36,239 nt of DNA, from positions 1-36,239 of IMG/VR virus record IMGVR_UViG_3300027801_000069. One strand, written 5' to 3'. The translations under genes and the position numbers were made by a program. The notes under the pieces were generated by a model. That model saw only the letters and a program-made list of their open reading frames with translations. It was not told the DNA's origin and ran no database searches. Below are positions 20,581-29,462 of the stretch, piece after piece. The stretch is from a virus (taxonomy: Duplodnaviria; Caudoviricetes). Numbering within the stretch: the first letter of the stretch is position 1; each line of letters starts with the position of its first letter.

Positions 20581-21051
20581 ATGAGTGTAGAACAAGCAAA
20601 CGAATTAAAAAACTCTTTAAAGAACTCTAATGGAGAAAATGTATCTTTAAAGAGTGAAAAAGAGGAAAAAAAATCGTTAAGATACTTCGCCTACGGAGAA
20701 TTTGATTCTCCTGATGACATAGGGAGTGGACAGAAGTATATGAACCGAGATTTTTTAATGTTACTAGATAGGGCTAGAGAGAGTGCCGGTATTCCTTTCA
20801 AGATTAACAGTGGTTTTAGAACAAAAGCATACAATATAGACCTAGAGAAAAGAGGATATAAGGTAGCAAAAAACTCTGCACACCTAAAAGGATTAGCAGT
20901 AGATATAGCTACTCCCAACAGTAGTACAAGATTCAAAGTATTACAAGCACTAGCAGAACAAAATATAACTCGCATTGGAATTGGAAAAAATTTCATACAT
21001 TGCGACACCGATAAAACGAAGTCACAAAATGTTTTGTGGCACTATTATTAA
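20581..21051 (+). CDS. endolysin, peptidase M15 family (Zn D-Ala-D-Ala peptidase-like)
   Basis: EFDSPD, INSGFRT, SAHLKGLAVDI (HxxxxxxD) and FIHCD motifs; start uncertain (20539 or 20581). Confidence 0.88.
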   Translation: MSVEQANELKNSLKNSNGENVSLKSEKEEKKSLRYFAYGEFDSPDDIGSGQKYMNRDFLMLLDRARESAGIPFKINSGFRTKAYNIDLEKRGYKVAKNSAHLKGLAVDIATPNSSTRFKVLQALAEQNITRIGIGKNFIHCDTDKTKSQNVLWHYY

Positions 21052-21065
21052 CTAAAATTTGAAAA

Positions 21066-21248
21066 ATGAAAAATTGGCTGATTAGAACTATGATGAAAAG
21101 CAAGAAATTCTGGTACGCGGTAAGTGCTGTGGTAGTTCCTGCAATCGTTATGTATTTAGGGGTAGATGAATCTACTGCTACTGATTTGTACCATTCAATT
21201 CTTGTACTGATACTAGGTCAAGGTATTGCGGACATATCTAAAAAATAA
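21066..21248 (+). CDS. putative holin
   Basis: 60 aa; KSKKFWYAV, two hydrophobic segments, GQGIAD C-terminus; follows the endolysin. Confidence 0.7.
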   Translation: MKNWLIRTMMKSKKFWYAVSAVVVPAIVMYLGVDESTATDLYHSILVLILGQGIADISKK

Positions 21249-22004
21249 GTGAAACAGTTTAGACCTCGCTTGTCTAAAAAGGAGTTTGATTATGTTAATG
21301 CGTTCAAGAATTCTAAGAACGTGGGAATTATAGGCGATACGCATGAGCCATTTTGCCACCCTGATTATAGGGAGTTTTGCTATGATACATTTAACAGGTT
21401 CGGTTGCACTGAAATAGTACATATAGGGGACGAATGTGATAATGCGGCACTATCTTATCATGAATCGGAACTAGAAATGCCGAATGCAGTAAACGAAGCA
21501 GAACAAGCTCAAATAGCTATGGAGAAATGGTACAAAACCTTTCCTGATGTTAAGGTATGCGTAGGAAATCATTCAGCATTACCGTTCAGGCAAGCAACTT
21601 CTGCCGGTATTCCAAAAAGGTATCTAAAAACCTATGAAGAAATTTGGAATGCACCGAAGGGATGGGAGTGGAAGATGGATTGGGAGATAGATAATGTATT
21701 ATATACGCATGGAACGGGAAGCAGCGGAATTAGTGGTGCTAGAAACAGGGCAACAGCAAATAGACAATCTACTGTTATCGGTCACTCACATAGTTTCGGA
21801 GGTGTTTCCTATATGGCGAGCCGAAACGACATCATATTCGGCTTAAACGTGGGATGCGGAATAGATGTTGACCATATGGCTTTCAGTTATGGAAAGAACT
21901 TCCCGAAGAAACCGACTTTGGGTTGTGGTGTAGTACTAGATGGAGGAGCAACAGCGTTATTTATACCTATGAATTTAGGTAGTCGATACGAATGGATAAA
22001 ATAA
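21249..22004 (+). CDS. calcineurin-like metallophosphoesterase
   Basis: GDTH, GDECD, GNH, HG and GHSH metal-binding motifs in canonical order. Confidence 0.9.
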   Translation: MKQFRPRLSKKEFDYVNAFKNSKNVGIIGDTHEPFCHPDYREFCYDTFNRFGCTEIVHIGDECDNAALSYHESELEMPNAVNEAEQAQIAMEKWYKTFPDVKVCVGNHSALPFRQATSAGIPKRYLKTYEEIWNAPKGWEWKMDWEIDNVLYTHGTGSSGISGARNRATANRQSTVIGHSHSFGGVSYMASRNDIIFGLNVGCGIDVDHMAFSYGKNFPKKPTLGCGVVLDGGATALFIPMNLGSRYEWIK

Positions 22005-22057
22005 AACGGTTTAGTTTGTAAGGTTTCATGCCTTATTTGTTTGTTTAGTTGGGTGAT

Positions 22058-22099
22058 ACCCTTATATTATAGCAATATAGTATAGGGGTTTTGCTTTTT
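22058..22099 (+). terminator. intrinsic terminator ending the late operon
   Basis: CCCTTATATTATA-GCAA-TATAGTATAGGGG stem-loop followed by TTTTGCTTTTT. Confidence 0.75.
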
Positions 22100-22120
22100 A
22101 TACCCCTGTGCGATAGTTAT

Positions 22121-22197
22121 AATCATTCTTTGTAGAACTCTAATCTTAGAAATCACTCTTTAAAGAACTCTAATCTTAGAAATCATTCTTTGTAGAA
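22121..22197. repeat. 30-bp tandem repeat, about 2.6 copies
   Basis: AATCATTCTTTGTAGAACTCTAATCTTAGA / AATCACTCTTTAAAGAACTCTAATCTTAGA / AATCATTCTTTGTAGAA. Confidence 0.9.
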
Positions 22198-22434
22198 TGG
22201 TCGAGTTCGAGAATTGTACTGTTATGTATAGATAACGGACTAGTTATTGAACTTTTTATACCAAGAAATAACACTTTTACATACCAAAAGTGCAAATTCC
22301 CGCCATTTTTAACGTTATAATTGGATGAAATTTTCTCTAATTTTACTTTTCTTCTAGTAAAATATGTTGATAAACATAGTTCATTAACAAAATAAAGGAT
22401 GCATATTTGGACTATAATTAAAACAAACAAAACT

Positions 22435-22755
22435 ATGATAAAATTTACTACACTTCAGGAAGCTATCGAGAGAAAAGGTTACGCAAACGAGTACATCAAA
22501 GCAGAAGACACTAAGGATAAGATAAATAACTATATAGGGTTTACTGCAGATGGAACGGTTTGGTTCTGGTATAATGAAAGCATTTTAATAAACGATTCAC
22601 TTGCGTGGTTTGACCACAGATACAATCAAGCAAACGGAAGTAAGATTAAAACATACAAACAAGAAATGAAAACATTAGCACTATTAGATTTAGAAGGTGT
22701 TAATGAATCGAAATATGGTAAAAAACTTTTACCAAGTTGGAGAGTAGCAAAATAA
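22435..22755 (+). CDS. hypothetical early protein
   Basis: ATG at 22435 preceded by A-rich AAACAAACAAAACT; first gene after the control region. Confidence 0.65.
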   Translation: MIKFTTLQEAIERKGYANEYIKAEDTKDKINNYIGFTADGTVWFWYNESILINDSLAWFDHRYNQANGSKIKTYKQEMKTLALLDLEGVNESKYGKKLLPSWRVAK

Positions 22756-22785
22756 TTAATTAAATAACTTAAACAAACAAACAAA

Positions 22786-23844
22786 ATGAAAAATTTAGCA
22801 AAAGTAAAATCAGAAAGAACATTCGGAATTGAAATCGAGTTCATAACAGACGGTACAAATTCACAGTCACAGATTGCACAAGAACTTAATAGAGCATTTA
22901 GAAGTGTTACTATTGAAAGTGAAGGTTGGAATCATACTACAAGAGACCATTGGAAAATAGTAACTGATAGTAGTTGTGGTTTGGAACTAGTAAGTCCTAT
23001 TTTAACAGGTTCTAAAGGACTTAAACAAGCACAGAGAGTTATTGATACACTTAGTATGATAGAAGGTGTTACAGTTAATAGAAGTTGTGGGATTCACGTT
23101 CATGTTGGATGTGCAGACATAACTGCAAACGGAATGAAAAATGTTATTTTACAATATGCGAAAAATGAAAGATTGATTAACAGTGTACTTGCACCAAGTA
23201 GGAGAGATACTAGATGGGCAAGACAACTAGTAGGGAATAATAGTAGATATACTGATATGAATAGTTTGAAAACTGCATTAGATGGAGCAGATACTTGTAC
23301 TCAAATTATAAGTTTAATGAGTGGAAGATACCAAACAGTTAACGTGCAGTGTTGGAACAGACAAAGAACGGTAGAATTTAGACAGCACGGAGGAAGTTTA
23401 GATAGTGAGAAGATAATGAATTGGGTAGTATTTTTACTTAACACTGTTGAAAAATGTATGAAATCTAATAAGATAAGTTTAACGGTAAATGAGAATCAAG
23501 TTAAAGCGTTCAAACAGTGTTTCGGTGAAAGTAAAGTAGTTTATGACTTTATGCTAGGGAGAGCAAAACACTTTGGATTCGATTGTTATGGAGAGGTAGA
23601 AACGGTTGAGCAATTAAGATACTTTTCTTGTGAAGGCGAGGATGGTAATATGTATAAAGTACAGATGATGAGTAATGGTGCGTATATAGTACAAGTGAAT
23701 GGAATACAGTCAGACAGTAATAGAACGGTTCTAAAGGACTTACTAGTTAGTTTGGACATAACACTTCCAAACATACTTCCAAGTAAAGCACATCAAACTG
23801 CACGACAATTAGGAAAACAGTTATTTGCAAACGTTAACTGTTAA
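22786..23844 (+). CDS. putative amidoligase (COOH-NH2 ligase, Amidoligase_2-like)
   Basis: TFGIEIE, WKIVTDSS, ELVSPIL, NRSCGIHVHVG, RYQTVN and TVEFRQHGGS motifs. Confidence 0.88.
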   Translation: MKNLAKVKSERTFGIEIEFITDGTNSQSQIAQELNRAFRSVTIESEGWNHTTRDHWKIVTDSSCGLELVSPILTGSKGLKQAQRVIDTLSMIEGVTVNRSCGIHVHVGCADITANGMKNVILQYAKNERLINSVLAPSRRDTRWARQLVGNNSRYTDMNSLKTALDGADTCTQIISLMSGRYQTVNVQCWNRQRTVEFRQHGGSLDSEKIMNWVVFLLNTVEKCMKSNKISLTVNENQVKAFKQCFGESKVVYDFMLGRAKHFGFDCYGEVETVEQLRYFSCEGEDGNMYKVQMMSNGAYIVQVNGIQSDSNRTVLKDLLVSLDITLPNILPSKAHQTARQLGKQLFANVNC

Positions 23845-23858
23845 AAGAAGTTTAAGTT

Positions 23859-23914
23859 CCACCGACTTGATACGAAAGTATCGAGTTTTCGGTGGTAGGA
23901 GACATAATGTTTCT
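23859..23914 (+). other. intergenic bulged stem-loop (GAAA tetraloop) plus a small second hairpin
   Basis: CCACCGA-CTTGATAC-GAAA-GTATCGAG-TTT-TCGGTGG, then GAGACA-TAA-TGTTTC; no 3' U-tract. Confidence 0.6.
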
Positions 23915-23934
23915 GATAATTAAAATAACTTGAA

Positions 23935-24612
23935 ATGAAATTAAGAAAACTAACTAAGAAGGATGAGTTCCTGAAATTGAACGGACTTGTAAACGACAAA
24001 GAAGTGAATAAGGCAATAGAAGAAGAAAGTATTAAACTAGTAAACGAATTAGAAACTAAAAAAAAGAAAATGAAAAATAATGTAGTGGTAATTGATACCA
24101 AAGACCAAGTAAGAAAACTTTTAGAATTAGTAAAAGTAGATTTGAGAAAAGGAAAAAAAGAAGTAATAGATAATGTAACGGAAGTTGTAAGTAAAATAAT
24201 GGAAGGATTAGATAAATTAAATTTACAGACAATGGAAAACTATATTGACGAACCGTTTTTAGATGGAACAAAATTTAAGGAGGGGGATATCATTAAAATA
24301 ACGGAAGAAGGAGCAAACAAAGGAACTAGATTTTTAGTAAGGGGTTTCGGTGAAGCAATGTACGGTTGGAAAACAACTGAAGAAGTAAGTAAACCGATTT
24401 ATATTTTAACGGTAGAAGTAAAAGGGGAAAATGCAATTAACTATATGAGCAATAATCAATTTACCGAACTAGTAGATAGAACTTGTGAAGTAGTAAGTGA
24501 AAAAGAAGTAGGTGAATTTACTGATAGTTTTGTGGGGTCAATGATGAAACAAGCGGAACAATACAGTAGAGGTGCAAGTCCTTATAGTAACGAAAAAAAA
24601 AGTAACAAATAA
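23935..24612 (+). CDS. hypothetical protein
   Basis: 225 aa; Lys/Glu-rich N-terminus; KFKEGDIIKI suggests an SH3-like beta-barrel C-terminal part. Confidence 0.6.
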   Translation: MKLRKLTKKDEFLKLNGLVNDKEVNKAIEEESIKLVNELETKKKKMKNNVVVIDTKDQVRKLLELVKVDLRKGKKEVIDNVTEVVSKIMEGLDKLNLQTMENYIDEPFLDGTKFKEGDIIKITEEGANKGTRFLVRGFGEAMYGWKTTEEVSKPIYILTVEVKGENAINYMSNNQFTELVDRTCEVVSEKEVGEFTDSFVGSMMKQAEQYSRGASPYSNEKKSNK

Positions 24613-24664
24613 TTAATAATAACTAATAAAGTCCTTTGAGTAAAGTAGAAGGCAATTAAAAAAG

Positions 24665-25606
24665 ATGTGCGGATTAATAGGTTTTACAGGGAAACAAAAA
24701 GCGAATACAGTGATACTTAATCAACTGTTAATAGCAAACGATAGTAGGGGTGGGCATAGTACGGGATATTTTGACGGTACAAACTTTACCAAGTGTTTAG
24801 GTAAAAGTATTCCACTACACAAAGAAGTACGACAGTTACAAACAAGTACCTTTATAGGACATACTAGATTCTCAACTCATGGTGCAAGAACAATACCGAA
24901 TCAACATCCTTTTCAGTATGGAGAAGTTATTGGTGCACATAATGGGGTAGTACATAACTACAAAGAAGTAGGTGAGGAATTTAAGTGTAAAGAAACAGAG
25001 GTAGATTCACAAATGATTTTCAGTGTATTGAATAAAACAAAACACGATTTCAAGACATTAGGAAAGTTTACAGGTGCACTTGCAACACTGTTTCAAATTG
25101 GAGATTTATTTTATACATATAGAAAAACGAATCCACTTTGGGTAGGTAGAAGTAAAAACGGAGATGTTTATTTTTCTAGTTTGAAAGATGTACTTGTAAA
25201 ATGTAAACTGCATAATATCTACCAACTCAAAGAAGGGAGATTATATGTATGGAGTGGTAACACTGTAATACAAAAGATAGACATAGACCACGACCCGATT
25301 GCTAGTAAGTACGGAAGTAGTAGAATGCAGTGGTGGGAGTACGGTGATGTACCTGTAACGGTTAAACGACCAAAGATGAAGGGTGCATACAGTGGAATAA
25401 CTGATACCTTTGATAAAAATAAAGTTACTGCGTATAATGAGATAGAAGATGAACGGGATATTATTGGAATGGAAGATATTGATTATGATACCTTAGATGA
25501 GATAGACATTACTGATTATGATTTAACAGAAAAACAAGATAGAAAGAAACTGTTAGAAATGACTGATGAGGAATTTAACAAAGAGCAGATGACGTTATGG
25601 AGTTAA
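24665..25606 (+). CDS. class II (Ntn) glutamine amidotransferase-like protein
   Basis: N-terminal MCGLIG (Cys nucleophile), RGGHSTG, GHTRFSTHG, NQHPF, HNGVVHNY, VDS; acidic C-terminal tail. Confidence 0.9.
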   Translation: MCGLIGFTGKQKANTVILNQLLIANDSRGGHSTGYFDGTNFTKCLGKSIPLHKEVRQLQTSTFIGHTRFSTHGARTIPNQHPFQYGEVIGAHNGVVHNYKEVGEEFKCKETEVDSQMIFSVLNKTKHDFKTLGKFTGALATLFQIGDLFYTYRKTNPLWVGRSKNGDVYFSSLKDVLVKCKLHNIYQLKEGRLYVWSGNTVIQKIDIDHDPIASKYGSSRMQWWEYGDVPVTVKRPKMKGAYSGITDTFDKNKVTAYNEIEDERDIIGMEDIDYDTLDEIDITDYDLTEKQDRKKLLEMTDEEFNKEQMTLWS

Positions 25607-25755
25607 CACCTAAACAATATCGAGAGTTTACTGTTTTATACAAGATAGCAGTAGAATTAAAAAAAGAGAGCTTTGTATTTTACGGACAAGAAATACTGAC
25701 TGAATATGCAAAGCATTTATTAACTTATTACAATTTGAAAAATGATAGATTATAG
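25597..25755 (+). CDS. small hypothetical protein (52 aa; not in the ORF track)
   Basis: MELTPKQY...FVFYGQEILTEYAKHLL; fills the gap and overlaps both neighbours. Confidence 0.6.
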   Translation: MELTPKQYREFTVLYKIAVELKKESFVFYGQEILTEYAKHLLTYYNLKNDRL

Positions 25756-26035
25756 GACGACAAAGAAATGGGAATGTATATACAAGATGGAAGGAGTTAG
25801 AATGATAGCAGACAATCATACCGACTTAGTAACACAGTTAAGAAAGTTTGCATACGATAAACCGAAAACAAACAAACAGCATAGAGATAGAAGTTATGAT
25901 TGGTTTTTGAATGTAGATGGAATTAAAATAAATAAAAAGAACGATACACTGTTTGTGCTGGACTTAATTGAGTATGGATATGTTAAGATACTCGGATGTG
26001 GTCAAAAGTCCAGCAGAACACTTAAAAACGACTAA
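25742..26035 (+). CDS. hypothetical protein
   Basis: 97 aa ORF in a co-oriented run. Confidence 0.55.
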   Translation: MIDYRTTKKWECIYKMEGVRMIADNHTDLVTQLRKFAYDKPKTNKQHRDRSYDWFLNVDGIKINKKNDTLFVLDLIEYGYVKILGCGQKSSRTLKND

Positions 26036-26037
26036 AA

Positions 26038-26289
26038 ATGGAAAGAATGAGAAAGTATATAGTGCAGTATTATGGTTGGATAGGAAGTTATGGGGATTGG
26101 GATTGTGATGACTTTACAGTAAGAGCAGTTAATATCAAACAAGCAAAGTTATTAATGATAGAAAGATTGAAACATACCTTATTAAAAGGAGCACCGCATA
26201 TTGAGTTGTATTCTACCTATTGTAGAAAGATGAAACAGTGGGATGATGGTCACGAAGCAAGAATGAAAGAATTAGCAAAACATAAATAA
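26038..26289 (+). CDS. hypothetical protein
   Basis: 83 aa ORF starting 2 nt after the previous stop. Confidence 0.55.
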   Translation: MERMRKYIVQYYGWIGSYGDWDCDDFTVRAVNIKQAKLLMIERLKHTLLKGAPHIELYSTYCRKMKQWDDGHEARMKELAKHK

Positions 26290-26329
26290 CCGGCAAAAAT
26301 TCCTAGCCACTAATATAGGTACTAAACAA

Positions 26330-26578
26330 ATGGATGAAAAAACAAAGAAACTATTAAGCGAATTATGTACGGGATGGGAAGTACGAGTAGCAACTCTAGA
26401 AGTACGGGAGGTAGCGTTAGTTAACGCTGGAAACGATACTGAAGCAAATGTAGTTGGTATGCAGTGCGATACATTAAGAATTTGTGCAGATAGTTTAAGA
26501 CAAACAATGACAGATTTGAGGCGTATGGATAATCATGAAGCTACGATACAGAAAATAATTACTGACTCGTTCAGATAA
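26330..26578 (+). CDS. hypothetical protein
   Basis: 82 aa predicted helical ORF with an A-rich start context. Confidence 0.55.
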   Translation: MDEKTKKLLSELCTGWEVRVATLEVREVALVNAGNDTEANVVGMQCDTLRICADSLRQTMTDLRRMDNHEATIQKIITDSFR

Positions 26579-26587
26579 CCTTTAAGA

Positions 26588-26685
26588 TGGCTAGGTGTAT
26601 GTACTAGGTGAACAATGGAAATCCCGAAGTAACCTACACCGTAAGGAGCATAAAAGGTTAGTTACCTTTAATTAGCACCTAGTCA
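26588..26685 (+). ncRNA. candidate structured RNA (multi-stem junction)
   Basis: Closing stem TGGCTAGGTG/CACCTAGTCA enclosing TAGGT/ACCTA, CC-GTAA-GG and AAAGGT/ACCTTT hairpins; fills an intergenic gap. Confidence 0.45.
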
Positions 26686-26707
26686 ACTTAACTTAAAAAA
26701 TAAAAAA

Positions 26708-27235
26708 ATGGCAAAGAAAGGAAAATGGAAAATTGAAAAAGATGGTAAAAAAAATAATCTACCAGATGATATACAAGATATTTTGAATGACGCTGCTTCA
26801 ACTTATGTTAATGAAGATGGGGTTACCTTAGAAGATATGATTAAACAAGCGCACGAAGTAGCAGAGAAGTTTATTTCAAAAGATTATAGCTTGTCAAAAG
26901 AAGAAAAAGAAGGGCATTGGAGAGTTCCACCAACAGAAAACGAGCAACTAGAAACACTGTTTAAGCATAAATACATTTACTGCAATAAAGACAACTTAAT
27001 TTCTTGGTTAGAATATGAAAATAAAGAAATTGGTGATTATGATTATATAGACAAGGACGATTATGGTATGATACCCCTTTGTATATGTGGGATTAAGGGA
27101 GTGGAATTTGATAAGTTCACAGGGATAAGCAAAATAGATATAAGTAGTAATTTGATTGTTATGATAGACGGAGAAGAGCAGGATATTTTACTTGGCAAAC
27201 TAGAAGGAAAGGGGAGTAATATCCTTTATTCTTAG
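26708..27235 (+). CDS. hypothetical acidic protein
   Basis: 175 aa ORF with a strongly A-rich start. Confidence 0.6.
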   Translation: MAKKGKWKIEKDGKKNNLPDDIQDILNDAASTYVNEDGVTLEDMIKQAHEVAEKFISKDYSLSKEEKEGHWRVPPTENEQLETLFKHKYIYCNKDNLISWLEYENKEIGDYDYIDKDDYGMIPLCICGIKGVEFDKFTGISKIDISSNLIVMIDGEEQDILLGKLEGKGSNILYS

Positions 27236-27264
27236 GATAACTAACTTAAAAACAGTACCTTGTG

Positions 27265-27441
27265 ATGGATAAAGAATTGGTAACATATTTTGTAGAGCAA
27301 GTAAAAGAAAGAAATTTTTTAGATAAGTTATATAAAACGAATCTGATTGAAATGGATAAATTTTTAGAGGGTAAGCGGAAAACCTTAAATAGAGTACGCA
27401 AGAAAAAAATTAATAAATTATGGAAGGAAAAGGAATTGTAG
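27265..27441 (+). CDS. small hypothetical protein (58 aa; not in the ORF track)
   Basis: MDKELVTYFVEQVKERNFLDKLY... fills the gap before the SSB-like gene. Confidence 0.45.
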   Translation: MDKELVTYFVEQVKERNFLDKLYKTNLIEMDKFLEGKRKTLNRVRKKKINKLWKEKEL

Positions 27442-28034
27442 TAAAGGTCGGTAGCAGTAAGGTTACCGAAATCGTACCTAGTGGAACTCATATTGGTAGA
27501 TGTTACAGTATGATACATATTGGTACGGTACAATGGGAATATCAGGGAGAGCCAAAGGCATCCGATAAAGTAAGGTTTACATTTGAACTACCGCATGAAA
27601 CTAGGGAGTTTGGTGGAGAGGAAAAACCGATGGTAATTAGTAAAGAATATACTGTTTCACTGCATGAAAAATCTAATTTACGAAAAGATTTGGAGATGTG
27701 GAGGGGAAAGGAATTTTCTGCACAAGAGCTTAACAGTTTTGATTTGACTGATTTACTAGGGCAACCTTGTAATATAACAGTAGTACATAAAACTGCAAAA
27801 ACAGGTAACGAGTTTGCTATGATTGGTGGATTGGGAGCATTAACAAAAGGAATAGATTGTCCTGAACAATTTAATGAAACTTTTATGTTTAACTACCACG
27901 ATAATTTCAATCAAACTTGGTTAGATGAGCAACCTGAATGGGTACAGAATCAAATTAAGGGAACAGATGAATACGAGAGTAAACTGAATCAACTGAAATT
28001 TGCAGATACAGACAAAAGCGATATGCCTTTCTAA
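27420..28034 (+). CDS. putative single-stranded DNA-binding/recombination-associated protein
   Basis: VPSGTHIGRCYSMIHIGT, SLHEKSNLRKDLEMWRG, LLGQPC; SSB-type acidic C-terminus DKSDMPF. Confidence 0.6.
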   Translation: MEGKGIVVKVGSSKVTEIVPSGTHIGRCYSMIHIGTVQWEYQGEPKASDKVRFTFELPHETREFGGEEKPMVISKEYTVSLHEKSNLRKDLEMWRGKEFSAQELNSFDLTDLLGQPCNITVVHKTAKTGNEFAMIGGLGALTKGIDCPEQFNETFMFNYHDNFNQTWLDEQPEWVQNQIKGTDEYESKLNQLKFADTDKSDMPF

Positions 28035-28438
28035 TGAAAACACAAATGGAAAATACCGTATTACGAGCAAAGTGCATACTAGCAGAAATGTTTGGTATCA
28101 ATTTAAGCCACTTTGAAATACATCTTTCAAGACAAACAAAAGTAGTAGAGGCGAGGAGGTTCTTAACCTATTTTCTAGTGAAAGAATTAGAGGTCAAGTA
28201 TATGGATGTGACTAGATTCATTCCAGCAATTAGAAATCATGCTACTGCGATTCATCATTGTAAACAAATGGAACAATTTCTAAAGGTTTATATGGGAACT
28301 CTTAGTGAATATGAAACATTTAGAGAGACACTACTAGGGGATGAATGTACTGCAATAGAAAGAGAAATTGTATTATTGAAAGGGCAGAAAACAACAATAA
28401 CAAAACAAATTAATCAACTAAAAAATTTAATAAAATGA
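28034..28438 (+). CDS. DnaA domain IV-like HTH protein
   Basis: SRQTKVVEARRFLTYFL...RNHATAIH resembles the DnaA C-terminal RDHTTV signature. Confidence 0.65.
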   Translation: MKTQMENTVLRAKCILAEMFGINLSHFEIHLSRQTKVVEARRFLTYFLVKELEVKYMDVTRFIPAIRNHATAIHHCKQMEQFLKVYMGTLSEYETFRETLLGDECTAIEREIVLLKGQKTTITKQINQLKNLIK

Positions 28439-28722
28439 TTTTAATTAATGATGTAGAGTGCAACACTCAAAGAGAAGTCGTATTGGAACACCTGAAAACA
28501 GGTAAACAGATTACGCAGGAATCAGCATACGAATTATGCGGTTCACAACGCTTGGGAGCTATAATTTTCAATCTTAGGAAAGAGGGTTATTCAATTTTGA
28601 ACATAGACCAGACAGGGAAGAACAGGTTTGGGCATACTACCAACTTTGTAAGGTATATGCTAACAAATTCACAAGAACAGATAACAAGAATAGAGGAGGG
28701 CTTAGACCATAAGGGCAACTAA
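28435..28722 (+). CDS. winged-helix HTH protein
   Basis: TQREVVLEHLKTGKQIT...RLGAIIFNLRKEGYSI pattern. Confidence 0.7.
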   Translation: MILINDVECNTQREVVLEHLKTGKQITQESAYELCGSQRLGAIIFNLRKEGYSILNIDQTGKNRFGHTTNFVRYMLTNSQEQITRIEEGLDHKGN

Positions 28723-29360
28723 TGGATAAGACACCTAGTTATTATGCAATCATTCCAGCAGAAGTGAGGTATTCGGACTTAAAACCGAATGCTAAACTTC
28801 TGTACGGAGAGATAACTGCACTAAGCAATAAGAAAGGTTACTGTTTTGCTACAAACAGATACTTTGCGGAACTTTATGGAGTAACAAAGAATACGATTTC
28901 ATTATGGGTTAAGAATTTATGCGATTATGGGTTTATAAAATTAGTAATTGAAAGGGATGAGAATAAACAAATAGTAAAAAGGATGCTAAGTATCATCAAA
29001 AATAGTGATAGGACTATAATTAAAAAAGATGAAGTAATTAGTACAAGTATTAATACTACAAGTAATCTATCTATAAGACGAATCAAGTTTGAAGAAAAAG
29101 TTTTTGAAAGTAATTGTACGACTGAATTATGTTCCGAATTTATTATGTATTGGACAGAAACAAATAAGACAGAAACGAAAATGCGTTTTGAAATGGAAAA
29201 AACTTTTGACATAAAACGGAGATTAAAAAGGTGGAAAGACAATAATGAAAAATGGAATAAGCCAAAAATTTATACTAAATCAAAGTCCGAAAGTAAGACA
29301 AAACAGAGTGTAAAAACGTGGGAAAATGCACGTAATTTGTTGAAAAACTTAAAAAGTTGA
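28722..29360 (+). CDS. phage replication initiator (N-terminal HTH, replisome-organiser type)
   Basis: PSYYAIIPAEVRY...AKLLYGEITALSNKKGYCFATNRYFAELYGV; C-terminal FIMYWTE...KMRFEMEKTFDIKRRLKRW. Confidence 0.8.
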   Translation: MDKTPSYYAIIPAEVRYSDLKPNAKLLYGEITALSNKKGYCFATNRYFAELYGVTKNTISLWVKNLCDYGFIKLVIERDENKQIVKRMLSIIKNSDRTIIKKDEVISTSINTTSNLSIRRIKFEEKVFESNCTTELCSEFIMYWTETNKTETKMRFEMEKTFDIKRRLKRWKDNNEKWNKPKIYTKSKSESKTKQSVKTWENARNLLKNLKS

Positions 29361-29379
29361 AACAGTTGCGCACTTAATA

Positions 29380-29400
29380 TAAGGACTTGTGCTGTACTTT
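29380..29400 (+). repeat. dispersed 21-bp motif, copy 3 (TAAGGACTTGTGCTGTACTTT)
   Basis: Intergenic, one mismatch to copy 2. Confidence 0.8.
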
Positions 29401-29462
29401 GAACGTGCAGCATATATATACATCAAAAACAAAAGTTATTAAAAACACTAGAAGAAAAAGTT

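Noticed and set aside
22121-22197. 30-bp repeats as a mini CRISPR array
   Set aside because: The units are contiguous with no spacers, and no cas genes are present
24665-25606. Gat-QueC fusion (archaeosine pathway)
   Set aside because: The GATase domain is followed by an acidic low-complexity tail with no SGGxDS QueC domain
26588-26685. tRNA or hammerhead ribozyme
   Set aside because: No TTCRA T-loop or cloverleaf spacing, and no CTGATGA...GAAA core; kept only as an unclassified structure
28985-29070. Lambda-style iterons inside the initiator gene
   Set aside because: Only short AT-rich similarities (TACAAGTA twice); too weak to call an origin
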